Positions 19,341 to 29,828 of a stretch of 64,000 nucleotides of DNA are shown here, piece by piece. This DNA is from an archaeon. GTDB lineage: Archaea; Nanobdellota; Nanobdellia; Woesearchaeales; UBA9642. The notes under the pieces are model-generated. The model saw nothing but the letters and a program-made list of their open reading frames with translations, ran no database searches and was not told the origin of the DNA. The stretch covers positions 1 to 64,000 of the forward strand of contig JAGVGF010000006.1 of NCBI GenBank assembly GCA_020057295.1, read 5' to 3'. The first letter of the stretch is position 1. The number at the start of each line of letters is the position of its first letter. Made by a program: the position numbers and the translations under genes.

Positions 19341-19392
19341 AATATATAAATAAGTTCAACTCACCACATCTTAGTTGACTTAAGGTCAACTA
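19341..19392 (+). promoter_or_regulatory. Promoter and palindromic operator upstream of grpE-dnaK
   Basis: TATATAAA at 19343-19350; TAGTTGAC-N5-GTCAACTA at 19372-19392. Confidence 0.6.
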
Positions 19393-19419
19393 CAAGCATG
19401 ATTATTTTAATATTTAAAG

Positions 19420-19968
19420 GTGATTTATATTAAGAACGACAAAAATTCGCATAAAGAAGAGATAAAAATTGAAGTGCCTAAAGAGCAGATTATTGATCCT
19501 AAAGATGTTAAAATTGACGAATTAACAGACACTCTAAAACGTTTACAGGCAGAATTTGAAAATTATAAGAAACGTGTAGATAAAGAACATGTTCAAAACA
19601 TTAAAACTTCCAATGCCAAATTAATTAAAGATTTACTTGCAATATTAGATAGCTTTGAACTAGCATTGAGAAATAATCAAGAAGAAAATCACGAGATATC
19701 TAAATTCAGAAAAGGTTTAGAATTAATTTACACACAATTATATTCAACTCTTGAAGATTATGGACTAAAAATAATCGATACTAAAAATCAGAAATTTGAT
19801 CCATACAAACATGAAGTGTTAATGGTTAAAGAATGTAGTGAACAAGATGATGTAATATTGCAAGAATTTCAGAAAGGATACATACTAAATGATACAATCA
19901 TTAGACATTCAAAAGTTATGATTGCGAAACATACAGAAGATAAAAAACAATCAGAAAATAAACAATAA
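19420..19968 (+). CDS. grpE: Nucleotide exchange factor GrpE
   Basis: RLQAEFENYKKR, FDPYKHE, QKGY.L...IRHSKV. Confidence 0.95.
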   Translation: MIYIKNDKNSHKEEIKIEVPKEQIIDPKDVKIDELTDTLKRLQAEFENYKKRVDKEHVQNIKTSNAKLIKDLLAILDSFELALRNNQEENHEISKFRKGLELIYTQLYSTLEDYGLKIIDTKNQKFDPYKHEVLMVKECSEQDDVILQEFQKGYILNDTIIRHSKVMIAKHTEDKKQSENKQ

Positions 19969-19986
19969 AATATTACGGGTGATATA

Positions 19987-20352
19987 ATGGGTAAGGATGA
20001 AGAACAAAAAATAAATTTTGTAATCAATGACGGAGACAGTTTCTACGCTAATGAAATTAGCATAACATTTGGACCTGCACAATTTTCTGCAGATTTTAAA
20101 AATATCAGTCCAAGAGTTGATATGAGAGGACAAGATGGTTCAAAAACATTCGCATTAAAACATAATGTGGTAATAATGGAACCATTCCAAGCAAAAAATT
20201 TCATCAAGGTATTAAATGACGCTATTGTAAGATATGAAAAAGATTTTGGTACAATAGAAATGCCAAAACAATTGAAGGCAGCTGAAAAGAAATTCAAGCT
20301 AGACAATAAGCCATCAAAAAACACGCCAAGTGTTCCATCATATTTCGGATAA
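19987..20352 (+). CDS. DUF3467-like protein
   Basis: FYAN...F..DF...V.M.P..AK....L...I..YE..FG.I. Confidence 0.7.
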   Translation: MGKDEEQKINFVINDGDSFYANEISITFGPAQFSADFKNISPRVDMRGQDGSKTFALKHNVVIMEPFQAKNFIKVLNDAIVRYEKDFGTIEMPKQLKAAEKKFKLDNKPSKNTPSVPSYFG

Positions 20353-20421
20353 GGTAAATAATAGATATTAAAAATTTAAAATAAAAGACAAAAAAAACAA
20401 ACATAATCGGAGGGGATTATT

Positions 20422-22329
20422 ATGAGTAAAATTATAGGTATTGATTTAGGAACAAGCAATTCAGCAGCAGCAGTATTAGAAGGTGGTAAGCCTAAAATTA
20501 TTCCATCAGCAGAAGGTGCAACAATGTACGGAAAAGCATTTCCTAGTGTTGTAGCATTTACGAAAGATGGACAATTATTAGTTGGAGAGCCAGCACGAAG
20601 ACAAGCAGTGAGCAATCCTGAAGGAACCATAATGGCTGCAAAAAGAAAGATGGGCACAGACTATAAATATAAAATAAATGGAAAAGATTACACACCACAA
20701 CAAATATCAGCATTCATTCTACAAAAGATTAAGAAAGATGCGGAAAGCTTCCTTGGAGAAAAAATCGAAAAGGCAGTAATTACAGTTCCTGCATATTTTG
20801 ATGATAATCAAAGACAAGCGACTAAAGACGCTGGAACAATTGCAGGATTAGAAGTTGTAAGAATAATCAACGAGCCAACAGCAGCAGCATTATCATACGG
20901 TTTAGATAAGGCACACGCACATAAAGTGATGGTGTTCGATTTAGGTGGAGGAACTTTAGATGTTACAATAATGGAGTTCGAAGAAGGAGTTTTCGAAGTT
21001 AAGAGCACATCTGGAGATACACAACTTGGCGGAACAGATATGGACAATGCAATTGTAGATTATCTTTCTAAAGAGTTTAAGAAAACAGAAGGAATAGATA
21101 TAAGCAAAGATAAAGTAGCAATGCAAAGATTAAGAGAAGCTGCAGAGAAAGCAAAGATAGAATTATCAACAGTAATAGATACTGAAATAAATTTACCATT
21201 CTTGACAGCAGACCAAAATGGTCCAAAACACTTCACACACAAATTAACAAGAGCAAAACTTGAACAAATAATTGAGCCAATAATTAAGAGATGTAAACAT
21301 CCAATAGAACAAGCAATCAATGATGCAAAATTATCCTTTAAGGATATTGAAAAGATAATCATGGTTGGCGGACCAACAAGAATGCCGATTGTACAAAAAT
21401 TCGTTGAAGATGCAACAGGAAAGAAAGTAGAAAGAGGAGTAGATCCTATGGAATGTGTTGCATTAGGAGCATCAGTACAAGCAGGAGTACTTGCAGGAGA
21501 AGTTAAAGACGTTCTATTATTAGATGTTACACCATTAAGTCTTGGTATAGAAACTCTTGGAGGAGTATGTACAAAATTAATAGAAAGAAATGCAACTATC
21601 CCAACAAAGAAAAGCCAAATATTTAGTACAGCAGCAGATAGTCAAAATGCTGTAACAATACACGTATTACAAGGAGAAAGACCTATGGCTTCAGACAATA
21701 AAAGCTTAGGAAGATTCGACTTGATAGGAATTCCACCAGCACCAAGAGGCATACCACAGATAGAAGTATCTTTCGATATTGATGCAAACGGAATCGTTCA
21801 TGTTGCTGCAAAAGATTTAGGAACAGGCAAGGAACAAAGCATAAAAATTACAGCATCACAAAAATTAAATGATGCAGAGATAGAGAGAATGCGTAAAGAA
21901 GCAGAAGTACATGCAGAAGATGATAAGAAAAAGAAAGAAGAAGTAGAAATAATCAATCAAGCAGACACTCTAGTATACACTGCAGAAAATTTATTCAACG
22001 ACATGAAAGGTAAAGTTTCAGATACTAAACTTGATGATGTCAAAAAAGATGTTGAAGGTTTAAAGAAATTATTACAAGAAGAGAAGAAGAACGTAAACGA
22101 CATTAAAACTAAACTTGATGAAGTAAATAAAAAGATTCAAGATATGAGTGTTGAAATGTATCAGAAGGTTTCTGAAGAACAAGCAAAAAAACATGAGGGA
22201 GCTAATGCTGAATCGACTACAAACGAGCAATCAGAAGATGCATCTCCTAGCGATGATAATGTTGTTGATGCAGAGTTTACAGAAAAATCTGGTGAAGAAA
22301 CAGGAAAAAAGAAGAAAAACAAGAAATAA
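20422..22329 (+). CDS. dnaK: Chaperone DnaK
   Basis: [36 protein letters not shown]. Confidence 0.99.
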   Translation: MSKIIGIDLGTSNSAAAVLEGGKPKIIPSAEGATMYGKAFPSVVAFTKDGQLLVGEPARRQAVSNPEGTIMAAKRKMGTDYKYKINGKDYTPQQISAFILQKIKKDAESFLGEKIEKAVITVPAYFDDNQRQATKDAGTIAGLEVVRIINEPTAAALSYGLDKAHAHKVMVFDLGGGTLDVTIMEFEEGVFEVKSTSGDTQLGGTDMDNAIVDYLSKEFKKTEGIDISKDKVAMQRLREAAEKAKIELSTVIDTEINLPFLTADQNGPKHFTHKLTRAKLEQIIEPIIKRCKHPIEQAINDAKLSFKDIEKIIMVGGPTRMPIVQKFVEDATGKKVERGVDPMECVALGASVQAGVLAGEVKDVLLLDVTPLSLGIETLGGVCTKLIERNATIPTKKSQIFSTAADSQNAVTIHVLQGERPMASDNKSLGRFDLIGIPPAPRGIPQIEVSFDIDANGIVHVAAKDLGTGKEQSIKITASQKLNDAEIERMRKEAEVHAEDDKKKKEEVEIINQADTLVYTAENLFNDMKGKVSDTKLDDVKKDVEGLKKLLQEEKKNVNDIKTKLDEVNKKIQDMSVEMYQKVSEEQAKKHEGANAESTTNEQSEDASPSDDNVVDAEFTEKSGEETGKKKKNKK

Positions 22330-22394
22330 ATCACATTTTTCCACAAACTTAAAAAAGCCTTAAGCCACTTTAGTATAAAAAAGTAGGTTTTAAG

Positions 22395-22754
22395 GTGAGC
22401 ATAATGGATAATAACGATTTACAGTTGTTAGAAATTAGAATTGAAAGAATTAAAGCAGAAATTGGCGATACATCTATAGGATTATCGTTACTTGGAATAT
22501 TTTTCCTAGCATTAATACCGCTGTTTTATAGCATTATAGGTATTTATGGTTTCACATTGAAAGATATTGAAGTGCCATTAGCAATTTCAGTAACGATAGT
22601 ACTTATGGCTACAATATTTACGATAGTGCATTGGGATAATAACAAGAAAAAGTTGGAAAAAGTATATGCAGAAAAAGAAGAAATGATTAAAAACATCCAA
22701 TTGCAACAACAAGTGTTGGCTGTCGCTCAATCTGCCTTAAAGAAGAAAAAATAA
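22395..22754 (+). CDS. 2-TM hypothetical protein
   Basis: Two TMs and coiled C-terminus, between dnaK and dnaJ. Confidence 0.7.
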   Translation: MSIMDNNDLQLLEIRIERIKAEIGDTSIGLSLLGIFFLALIPLFYSIIGIYGFTLKDIEVPLAISVTIVLMATIFTIVHWDNNKKKLEKVYAEKEEMIKNIQLQQQVLAVAQSALKKKK

Positions 22755-22779
22755 TTTAATTTTATATAAGTGATTTGTT

Positions 22780-23871
22780 ATGGCTGAAAAAGATTACTAT
22801 AAGATTCTAGGCGTAGCTCGCAACGCGACTAAAGAAGAAATAAAGACTGCATATAAGAAGCTAGCAAAACAGCATCATCCAGATGTTAATAAGGATGCTG
22901 GATCTACTGAAAAGTTTAAAGAAATTAATGAGGCAGCATCAGTACTTGGTGATGATGCTAAGAAACAACAGTATGATCAATACGGTTCTGATTTTGAACG
23001 TAAATATCATCAAGATTTCTCTAGAAGTTATCAAGGAGCAGATTTTGAAGATATGGATTTTGGTGACGTTTTTGAAATGTTCTTTGGTGGCGGATTTAAT
23101 ACTGGCAGAGGACATAGGAGAGCAAGGGGAAGAGATTTAAGGTATGATACAACTATTACTTTGGAAGAAGCTGCAGTCGGCGTTAAAAAGAGTATTAATT
23201 TAGAGAAACCAGAAACTTGTGAAGATTGTGAAGGTAGAGGAGGAGATGATTACGATACATGTAATGATTGTAATGGTCAAGGTGTAAAGAAAGTAACTCA
23301 AAGAACCCCTTTCGGAATGTTTTCATCAGCAGTTACGTGTAAAAAATGTCAAGGTCATGGTGAAGTTATAAAAAATGTTTGTAGTACATGCAAAGGTAAA
23401 GGTATTGTTACAAAGAAAAAAACTTTAGAAGTTAAAATACCAGCGGGTGTTGATAGCGGTGCACAATTAAGATTACAAGAAGAAGGAGAAGCAGTAAAAG
23501 GCGGAACAACTGGAGATTTATATATATTCATTGATGTTAAGAAACATAAATATTTTGAAAGAGCAAATGATGATATTGTACTGGAAATTCCTATAAGTGT
23601 TACTCAAGCAATTCTTGGTGATGAAATAGAAGTTCCAACACTTGACGGCAAAGCGGTATTGAAAATTCCTGAAGGTACACAGCCAGAAACCATATTCAGA
23701 ATGAAGGGTAAGGGAATACAACATCTAAATCAGCACGGTATAGGAGATGAACTTGTAAAAGTTAAAGTTGAAATACCAGAAAAATTAACCAGAAAACAAG
23801 AAGAATTAATCAAAGAATTTGATAAAGAGTCTGGCAAAAAGAAAAGTATTTTTGATAAATTATTCAAATAA
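22780..23871 (+). CDS. dnaJ: Chaperone DnaJ
   Basis: HPD motif, four CxxCxGxG repeats. Confidence 0.98.
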   Translation: MAEKDYYKILGVARNATKEEIKTAYKKLAKQHHPDVNKDAGSTEKFKEINEAASVLGDDAKKQQYDQYGSDFERKYHQDFSRSYQGADFEDMDFGDVFEMFFGGGFNTGRGHRRARGRDLRYDTTITLEEAAVGVKKSINLEKPETCEDCEGRGGDDYDTCNDCNGQGVKKVTQRTPFGMFSSAVTCKKCQGHGEVIKNVCSTCKGKGIVTKKKTLEVKIPAGVDSGAQLRLQEEGEAVKGGTTGDLYIFIDVKKHKYFERANDDIVLEIPISVTQAILGDEIEVPTLDGKAVLKIPEGTQPETIFRMKGKGIQHLNQHGIGDELVKVKVEIPEKLTRKQEELIKEFDKESGKKKSIFDKLFK

Positions 23872-24055
23872 AACACCTAACACTTCTTAGTACTACTGTT
23901 TGATAATTAATTCTTATTTATTTTCTATTATCTACAATAGTGCATTTTTAATCGTTTTTTTAGAGTATTTTTCACTCGCCGATAGAAAACTTTAAATACT
24001 ACTTATGTATTAAGTCAAACATAAAAAAATGTTTTCAATATGAGGGTGGTTTGAA

Positions 24056-25309
24056 ATGAAGAGATTATTATCTATCATGAGTGTTTTTTCTATATTAATA
24101 CTGTTATTTGTTATGACTGGCTGTGAGCCTAAAGTCAATGTTCCTCCAAATGTTACACTTGAGGGTGCAATAATTAGTTCGGGTAACACAACTGTCGCAC
24201 TTAATGAGACAGAAATAAAACCTAATGAAAATAATACAAGTAGTAATGTAAGTGAAACTTCAGAATATGAAAATGCCGCTTACACTATAACAGCTACTGA
24301 AGGAGATTTAGTTGTATTAAAATTAAAAGCAGTAGACCCTGATGGTTTACCATTAACGTATTATTATAGTGCACCATTTAACGATAAAGGATTATGGCAA
24401 ACAACTGATGGAGATGTAGGAAAGTATCTAGTAAAAGTTACTGCTGCAGACCAATTCATCAATACATCAGCAGATGTTTTAGTAGTTGTTAATCCAAGTA
24501 ATAAGGCACCAGTAATAGACTGTCCTGAAGACATTAATGTTAGAGAAGGAGAAACAGTAGACTTAGACTGTAAATTCTTCGATAAAGAAAATGATCCTAT
24601 AGTTGTAGAATACAGTGGATGGATGACTAGTCCAACATACACTACAGGATTTGAGTCAGCTGGAACTCACAAAGTATTTGTTAGAGCTTCAGATCCAACA
24701 CATAATGTTACAAAGACCATACTTGTAAATGTTGAAAATGTTGCAAGAGCACCAATATTCTTACAACACTTTAAGGATATGACAGTTACAGAGAGCGATA
24801 TCGTAACACTGAATCCAAACGTTACAGAACCAGATCAAGGGGAAATTGTAATAGTAAAATATTCAGAACCATTTGATTCAAATGGTGTTTGGAAGACTAA
24901 GATAGATGATGCAGGAGTATATCCTATATCGGTTGTAGCAACGTCACAAGGATTATCCACTAAGGAAACATTCACATTGACTGTTAAGATGCTAACAACA
25001 CCACCAGTAATGGCTTTAATACCAAACATGACAGTATCTGAAGGAGACACAGTAACAATAAAGCCAGAAGCAAAGGATAGACAGAATAATCCAATAACAT
25101 TTGAATACAGTGGATGGATAAGCGATTCCTCATACACTACAACATACGATGATGCATATCCAAAAGGTTGTGATAAACCTGGATGTACTGCAACATATAA
25201 GATCACCGTAAAGGCAAGCAACGGATTATATGATGTATCACAAGATGTGTATGTGACTGTAAAGGATAAGAACAGACCACCAGTATTCGTCTGGCCTACA
25301 TCACCATAA
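24056..25309 (+). CDS. Lipoprotein-like surface protein with tandem Ig/cadherin-like repeats
   Basis: Lipobox-like MTGC; N.AP repeats, DPDG; internal duplications YS.PF...G.W.T and EYSGW....YTT. Confidence 0.8.
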   Translation: MKRLLSIMSVFSILILLFVMTGCEPKVNVPPNVTLEGAIISSGNTTVALNETEIKPNENNTSSNVSETSEYENAAYTITATEGDLVVLKLKAVDPDGLPLTYYYSAPFNDKGLWQTTDGDVGKYLVKVTAADQFINTSADVLVVVNPSNKAPVIDCPEDINVREGETVDLDCKFFDKENDPIVVEYSGWMTSPTYTTGFESAGTHKVFVRASDPTHNVTKTILVNVENVARAPIFLQHFKDMTVTESDIVTLNPNVTEPDQGEIVIVKYSEPFDSNGVWKTKIDDAGVYPISVVATSQGLSTKETFTLTVKMLTTPPVMALIPNMTVSEGDTVTIKPEAKDRQNNPITFEYSGWISDSSYTTTYDDAYPKGCDKPGCTATYKITVKASNGLYDVSQDVYVTVKDKNRPPVFVWPTSP

Positions 25310-25436
25310 ACTTGTTGAATAAACAAGAATTTTTTAATTCTTTTTTTATTATATTTTTATAAAATTTTATCTAATTCTAATTTTTTAATTCATATATTTG
25401 ATTAAATTTATATAATTCTAATAAATCATCATCGTT

Positions 25437-26039
25437 ATGAGTAAATTAGAAGATTTAGAAGCTGTAAAATCTAAGATTCTTACTGAAATGAAGTGTCCAT
25501 TAAAAGATGCTGCAAAAAACTTAGTCTTTGGTAAAGGAAACCCTGATGCTAATATAATGTTTATAGGAGAAGCACCAGGAGCACAAGAAGATGAACAAGG
25601 GATACCATTTGTTGGATCAGCAGGCAAAGAATTAGATAAACTCCTTCGAAGCATTAATTTAACTCTTGATGATGTATATATCGCTAATATATTGAAATAT
25701 CGTCCTCCAGAGAATCGCGACCCTACGGTTGATGAGATATACAGGCACACACCTTATCTTATTGAACAAATAAAGATTATAAAGCCTAAAATTATTTGTA
25801 CTCTAGGAAATTATTCTACTAAATTTGTATTGGCACAATTTAATATTCCAAATATGAAGAAAATTGATGGGATAACTAAACTTCACGGCAAAGTAAATAA
25901 TATACTTATTGATGAAATGAATTTCATGGTTATACCATTATATCATCCAGCAGCAATGTTATACAATCCCAATCTCAGGCCGATATTAGGAAAAGATTTT
26001 CTTGAAATGGAAAAAGTGTTGGTTCAAAAAAGAGAATAA
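25437..26039 (+). CDS. udg: Uracil-DNA glycosylase family 4
   Basis: GEAPG..ED..G.PFVG.AG, RPPENR.P, YHPAA. Confidence 0.93.
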   Translation: MSKLEDLEAVKSKILTEMKCPLKDAAKNLVFGKGNPDANIMFIGEAPGAQEDEQGIPFVGSAGKELDKLLRSINLTLDDVYIANILKYRPPENRDPTVDEIYRHTPYLIEQIKIIKPKIICTLGNYSTKFVLAQFNIPNMKKIDGITKLHGKVNNILIDEMNFMVIPLYHPAAMLYNPNLRPILGKDFLEMEKVLVQKRE

Positions 26040-26093
26040 CTACAAAGCGTATAATAAACAAATATTTAAATAGGATATTGCCATAATCACTGT

Positions 26094-27083
26094 ATGATTG
26101 AATATTTTTATAAACACAATAACAAACATGTTGTTGGTAATTCAAAAGATTACGCGCAATTCAAAAAGGATATTTCTACAAAAGGGTTCTTATGTTTTAT
26201 GGTACAGAAACCTACTGATATAGATATTAAAAGTTTATGTAAAGACTACGGTTTTGATGAGAGACCATTCAGAAAATTTGGAAACGAAACAAGATCATTA
26301 AGATATAACTTTAATCCCTTAACATTCACATTTACAGATTATTACACTATAAATGGTAAAGTTAAAACATCACACTTGCTGTTTATCATTAAAAATAATT
26401 TATTAATTCTAGTCGTTTCGGAAAATTCTAAGTATTATAGTGAATTATTCCATAAAGTTGTAAGTAATGCTCGTGCAAAAAAGAAACACTCTGAAGCGTA
26501 TATATTGTACGAATTTTTACATCAAGATGCTAAAGAAAATTATGATGTTTTGGAAAGCATGGATGATAAAGCCTCTGCACTTGAAAAAAAGGTTTTAAGT
26601 AATGTACGAAATGATAAGGAAGTAATTCATGAAATTGTTTCTTTAAAGAAGGAATTAGTACAAATGTCTAAAAGATTATGGGCATCTTCTAAAGTAATAT
26701 TCACTATTAAAAAAGATTTAACATCAATCACATTAACTAAAGATGAAATGTCATTACTGGACGATATTTATGATACCTTTTTGCATCAGATAGATCTAAT
26801 TGAAACTCAAAAAGAAACAATAACAGATTATCTTGAGATATTTACTACAACAATATCAAACAGGTTATCAGCAACATCTAATGAGTTAAATATGGTTATG
26901 AAAAAAATGGCTGCATTGACTATAATCATAATGGTTCCTACACTTATTGTAGGAATTTATGGAACTAATTTTCATAATCTTCCAGAAATAACATGGAAGT
27001 ATGGATATTTTTATATGTGGATATTTATGGTAATAGGATCAGGATTAACATATTACTTCTTCCATAAGAGAGGATGGGTTTAG
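26094..27083 (+). CDS. corA: CorA family divalent cation transporter
   Basis: N..MK....I...PTLI.GIYGTNF..LPE..W.YG; two C-terminal TMs. Confidence 0.9.
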   Translation: MIEYFYKHNNKHVVGNSKDYAQFKKDISTKGFLCFMVQKPTDIDIKSLCKDYGFDERPFRKFGNETRSLRYNFNPLTFTFTDYYTINGKVKTSHLLFIIKNNLLILVVSENSKYYSELFHKVVSNARAKKKHSEAYILYEFLHQDAKENYDVLESMDDKASALEKKVLSNVRNDKEVIHEIVSLKKELVQMSKRLWASSKVIFTIKKDLTSITLTKDEMSLLDDIYDTFLHQIDLIETQKETITDYLEIFTTTISNRLSATSNELNMVMKKMAALTIIIMVPTLIVGIYGTNFHNLPEITWKYGYFYMWIFMVIGSGLTYYFFHKRGWV

Positions 27084-27121
27084 ATCTGGATTATAAAATG
27101 TTTATGTGAGACATAGAGATT

Positions 27122-27388
27122 ATGGACTTCGATAAATGGTCGTTTGAGAAGAAGAAAGAATTTTTAAAATCTTTAAGACATAAGAATGCTGATCAAATCT
27201 ACGCAGTATTCAAAAAAGAAGGTTTAGAAATACATAAGGGTGCTGAAGGTGAAGATTTTATTATGATGACACCCTCAGGGCATCAATACTATTTCGCTGT
27301 CAAGCCACTTCTAGCAACAAAAACAGACATTCAGAAAAAAATGAAAGAAAAGTATAAACACAAATATTTTCTTATAGTGAGAGAATAA
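27122..27388 (+). CDS. Hypothetical protein
   Basis: 88-aa Lys-rich ORF in gene-dense run. Confidence 0.6.
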   Translation: MDFDKWSFEKKKEFLKSLRHKNADQIYAVFKKEGLEIHKGAEGEDFIMMTPSGHQYYFAVKPLLATKTDIQKKMKEKYKHKYFLIVRE

Positions 27389-27450
27389 ATTTGTAGAATA
27401 TAAATTTACAAATTAAGAAAATTTATAATATCAAACCTTAATACAAAAAT

Positions 27451-28299
27451 ATGAAAATGTTAGTGTGCGGAGACTTTCACGGAAGTTTTCCTATTAAATT
27501 TAATAAGATAATTAAAAAAGAAAATGTAGAGTTAGTTATTTCTCTTGGAGACTATCCTCCATTTCATTATAGAAAATTATGGTTCAAACATTGCTACGGA
27601 AAAGATGTTGAATTATGGGAAGTTATTGGAAAAAGAAAATATAAAAAATTGATCTTTGATGATTTAAAACATGGAGAAAATTCTCTGAAATATTTAAATA
27701 AACTCGAGGTTCCTGTTTTTACTGTTCTTGGAAATATGGATTATCCTGACCCCAACGATGTGGCAGATACAGATAAAAAAAGAGTTAAATCAATGCCAAA
27801 CTGGGATCGTGCAGATAACTTTTCTAATTTGCTAAAAAAATATTCTAACATTAAAAGATTCGATTACAAGGCTCTAAAATTTGGCGAGTATGTATTTATT
27901 GGAATGAGAGGACACAGTTACCCAGGACGTCCAAAGAGTAAAGGATTCAGAAAACATGCAAAAATTCTTGATGCATTATTTAAAAAATTCAAAAAGGAAA
28001 ATAAGGCTAGAAAATTAATTTTTGTTTCACACATCGTCCCATATAATACCAAACTTGACAAGATAGGAAAACATGCACCTAAGATTGCCCGTGGAAAGCA
28101 TTATGGATCAAAGCTCACAAGACGAATAATCGAGAAACATAAACCAATACTAGCACTCGGAGGACATATCCATGAATGTGTTGGAAAAATAAAGATGGGC
28201 AAGACCACAGTAATAAATCCTGGAGCAATACATGAAGGAAAAGCAAGTATTGTTAATTTGGAGAACGGAAGAATTAAAAATATCAAGTTTATAAGATAA
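27451..28299 (+). CDS. Calcineurin-like metallophosphoesterase
   Basis: DFHG, GD, GNMD, SH, GHIHE, NPG. Confidence 0.9.
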   Translation: MKMLVCGDFHGSFPIKFNKIIKKENVELVISLGDYPPFHYRKLWFKHCYGKDVELWEVIGKRKYKKLIFDDLKHGENSLKYLNKLEVPVFTVLGNMDYPDPNDVADTDKKRVKSMPNWDRADNFSNLLKKYSNIKRFDYKALKFGEYVFIGMRGHSYPGRPKSKGFRKHAKILDALFKKFKKENKARKLIFVSHIVPYNTKLDKIGKHAPKIARGKHYGSKLTRRIIEKHKPILALGGHIHECVGKIKMGKTTVINPGAIHEGKASIVNLENGRIKNIKFIR

Positions 28300-28372
28300 A
28301 TTTATAAATAATTATTTGTTTCTATTATCATAAAAAATTAATTAGTAAAATAAGTTAATAGAAGGTGATTTT

Positions 28373-28606
28373 ATGGCATGGGGTTTTGGATTAAAGGCAA
28401 TGTTTGTAACGATTATAGCATCATTCTTTCTAGTTATAATGGGAATGTTATACTTCATGTTCACATTATGGATTGTGAAGGTTGGAGCAAGTTTTATACT
28501 ACCTGAAATGTGGAATGCAGGAAAGATAGATGGCAGTTATATGGTGATAGCAGCAGCATTAATCAGCGCAGGTAGCATGATTGCAAGTTCAATGCAAAGA
28601 CAATAA
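28373..28606 (+). CDS. Small 2-TM membrane protein
   Basis: GGTGA SD; two hydrophobic segments. Confidence 0.75.
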   Translation: MAWGFGLKAMFVTIIASFFLVIMGMLYFMFTLWIVKVGASFILPEMWNAGKIDGSYMVIAAALISAGSMIASSMQRQ

Positions 28607-28646
28607 GAAATTGCTATTTGATTAATGTGATTTTTTATTAATATTT

Positions 28647-29291
28647 TTATTTTTCAATTTCTGAAGTTTGCGTATCATCAGGCATAGGAACTAATAATCT
28701 TCCAAACATTTGTAATGGTGAATCATACTCGTGTTCTGGAGTTAAAATATGATCACTTGGATGGAAACCTATCAACGGACTTGAAAATCCTAAGTTTGTT
28801 ATTCTACCGCCTTGAGCTGGATCAACAGGTCTGACTATATATTGCATTATACTTTCTTCAAGCTTAGTAGATTTTGGTTGATAATACTGTATTCTTCCAT
28901 CAAGTTTATGACTGATAAATATTTCTTCAGGAGTTAATTGCATCATTCTATGAATATCCTCTTTAGAATAATCTAGTAATTTACCGGCAAGTTTTTTCTT
29001 AAAGCCATATTGTGCAGCGCTTCTGAAAAATGTTTCACCATCTTTATACACAATCATTCCAACATTTTGTATGGGATTAACCTGATTATTATGTAATACT
29101 GAACATGCTGCTTCTATACCATCAGCAGGTAAATGCTGATCTATTAAAAGAACCGCTTGGTTTGGTGATAATAAAAGATAATTAACATATGTGTTGCCTA
29201 AATTCACAATTTTTTGAGTAACTTCATATTGTTCTCTTAATCTATCTATAAGATATTCACTCATTTTTCGTTTTTCATTTTGAGTTATCAT
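28647..29291 (-). CDS. Hypothetical protein
   Basis: 214-aa ORF with GGTGT SD-like motif; downstream of Lrp. Confidence 0.7.
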   Translation of the reverse strand: MITQNEKRKMSEYLIDRLREQYEVTQKIVNLGNTYVNYLLLSPNQAVLLIDQHLPADGIEAACSVLHNNQVNPIQNVGMIVYKDGETFFRSAAQYGFKKKLAGKLLDYSKEDIHRMMQLTPEEIFISHKLDGRIQYYQPKSTKLEESIMQYIVRPVDPAQGGRITNLGFSSPLIGFHPSDHILTPEHEYDSPLQMFGRLLVPMPDDTQTSEIEK

Positions 29292-29323
29292 TTGAACACC
29301 TTTTATAAAATTTTTATAAATTA

Positions 29324-29794
29324 TTAATTAAGCAATAATCTTGTGTGTGTTTCATCAGACAAGAATCCTTCTCTCTTCAAATCTTCTAGTATAAATACTT
29401 CTTGTCTTAATTCTATCTTGTATTTTTCTAATAGTTCTGTAAATCTTTGTAAATCAGCCATATCTCTGAATATTGCTTCAATCATATAGTCATAGCCATT
29501 ATTTATTCTTAATACAGAGTTTATATTTTCATTAGTCATCAAAAAATCTCTAAATTCTTCTCTTGACTCTTTAGATATCTTAAATAACATATTGATTTTA
29601 ATATCGAATCCTAATTTTTTAAAGTTTATTAATGTTGTATGTTTATGTATTAACTCTCGCTCATACTCTCTTAGCTTGTCGAATATCGTACTAACAGGAA
29701 TTTTTGTATGCCTGCTAATTGTTGTAAGATTTTCTCTAGCATTTCTACGAAAATAAGTCATTAACAGTACATCTTTCCTGTTTTTTAGTTCCAT
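29324..29794 (-). CDS. Lrp/AsnC family transcriptional regulator
   Basis: NAR..LT.IS.....STI HTH, I.F.KLG linker, RAM domain G.DY. Confidence 0.9.
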   Translation of the reverse strand: MELKNRKDVLLMTYFRRNARENLTTISRHTKIPVSTIFDKLREYERELIHKHTTLINFKKLGFDIKINMLFKISKESREEFRDFLMTNENINSVLRINNGYDYMIEAIFRDMADLQRFTELLEKYKIELRQEVFILEDLKREGFLSDETHTRLLLN

Positions 29795-29828
29795 ACGAAT
29801 CCCTCCGTACTACTACATTTTCGCATTA

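Noticed and set aside
20043-22363. Several short ORFs overlapping the DUF3467-like gene and dnaK
   Set aside because: Antisense or alternate-frame shadows of conserved genes.
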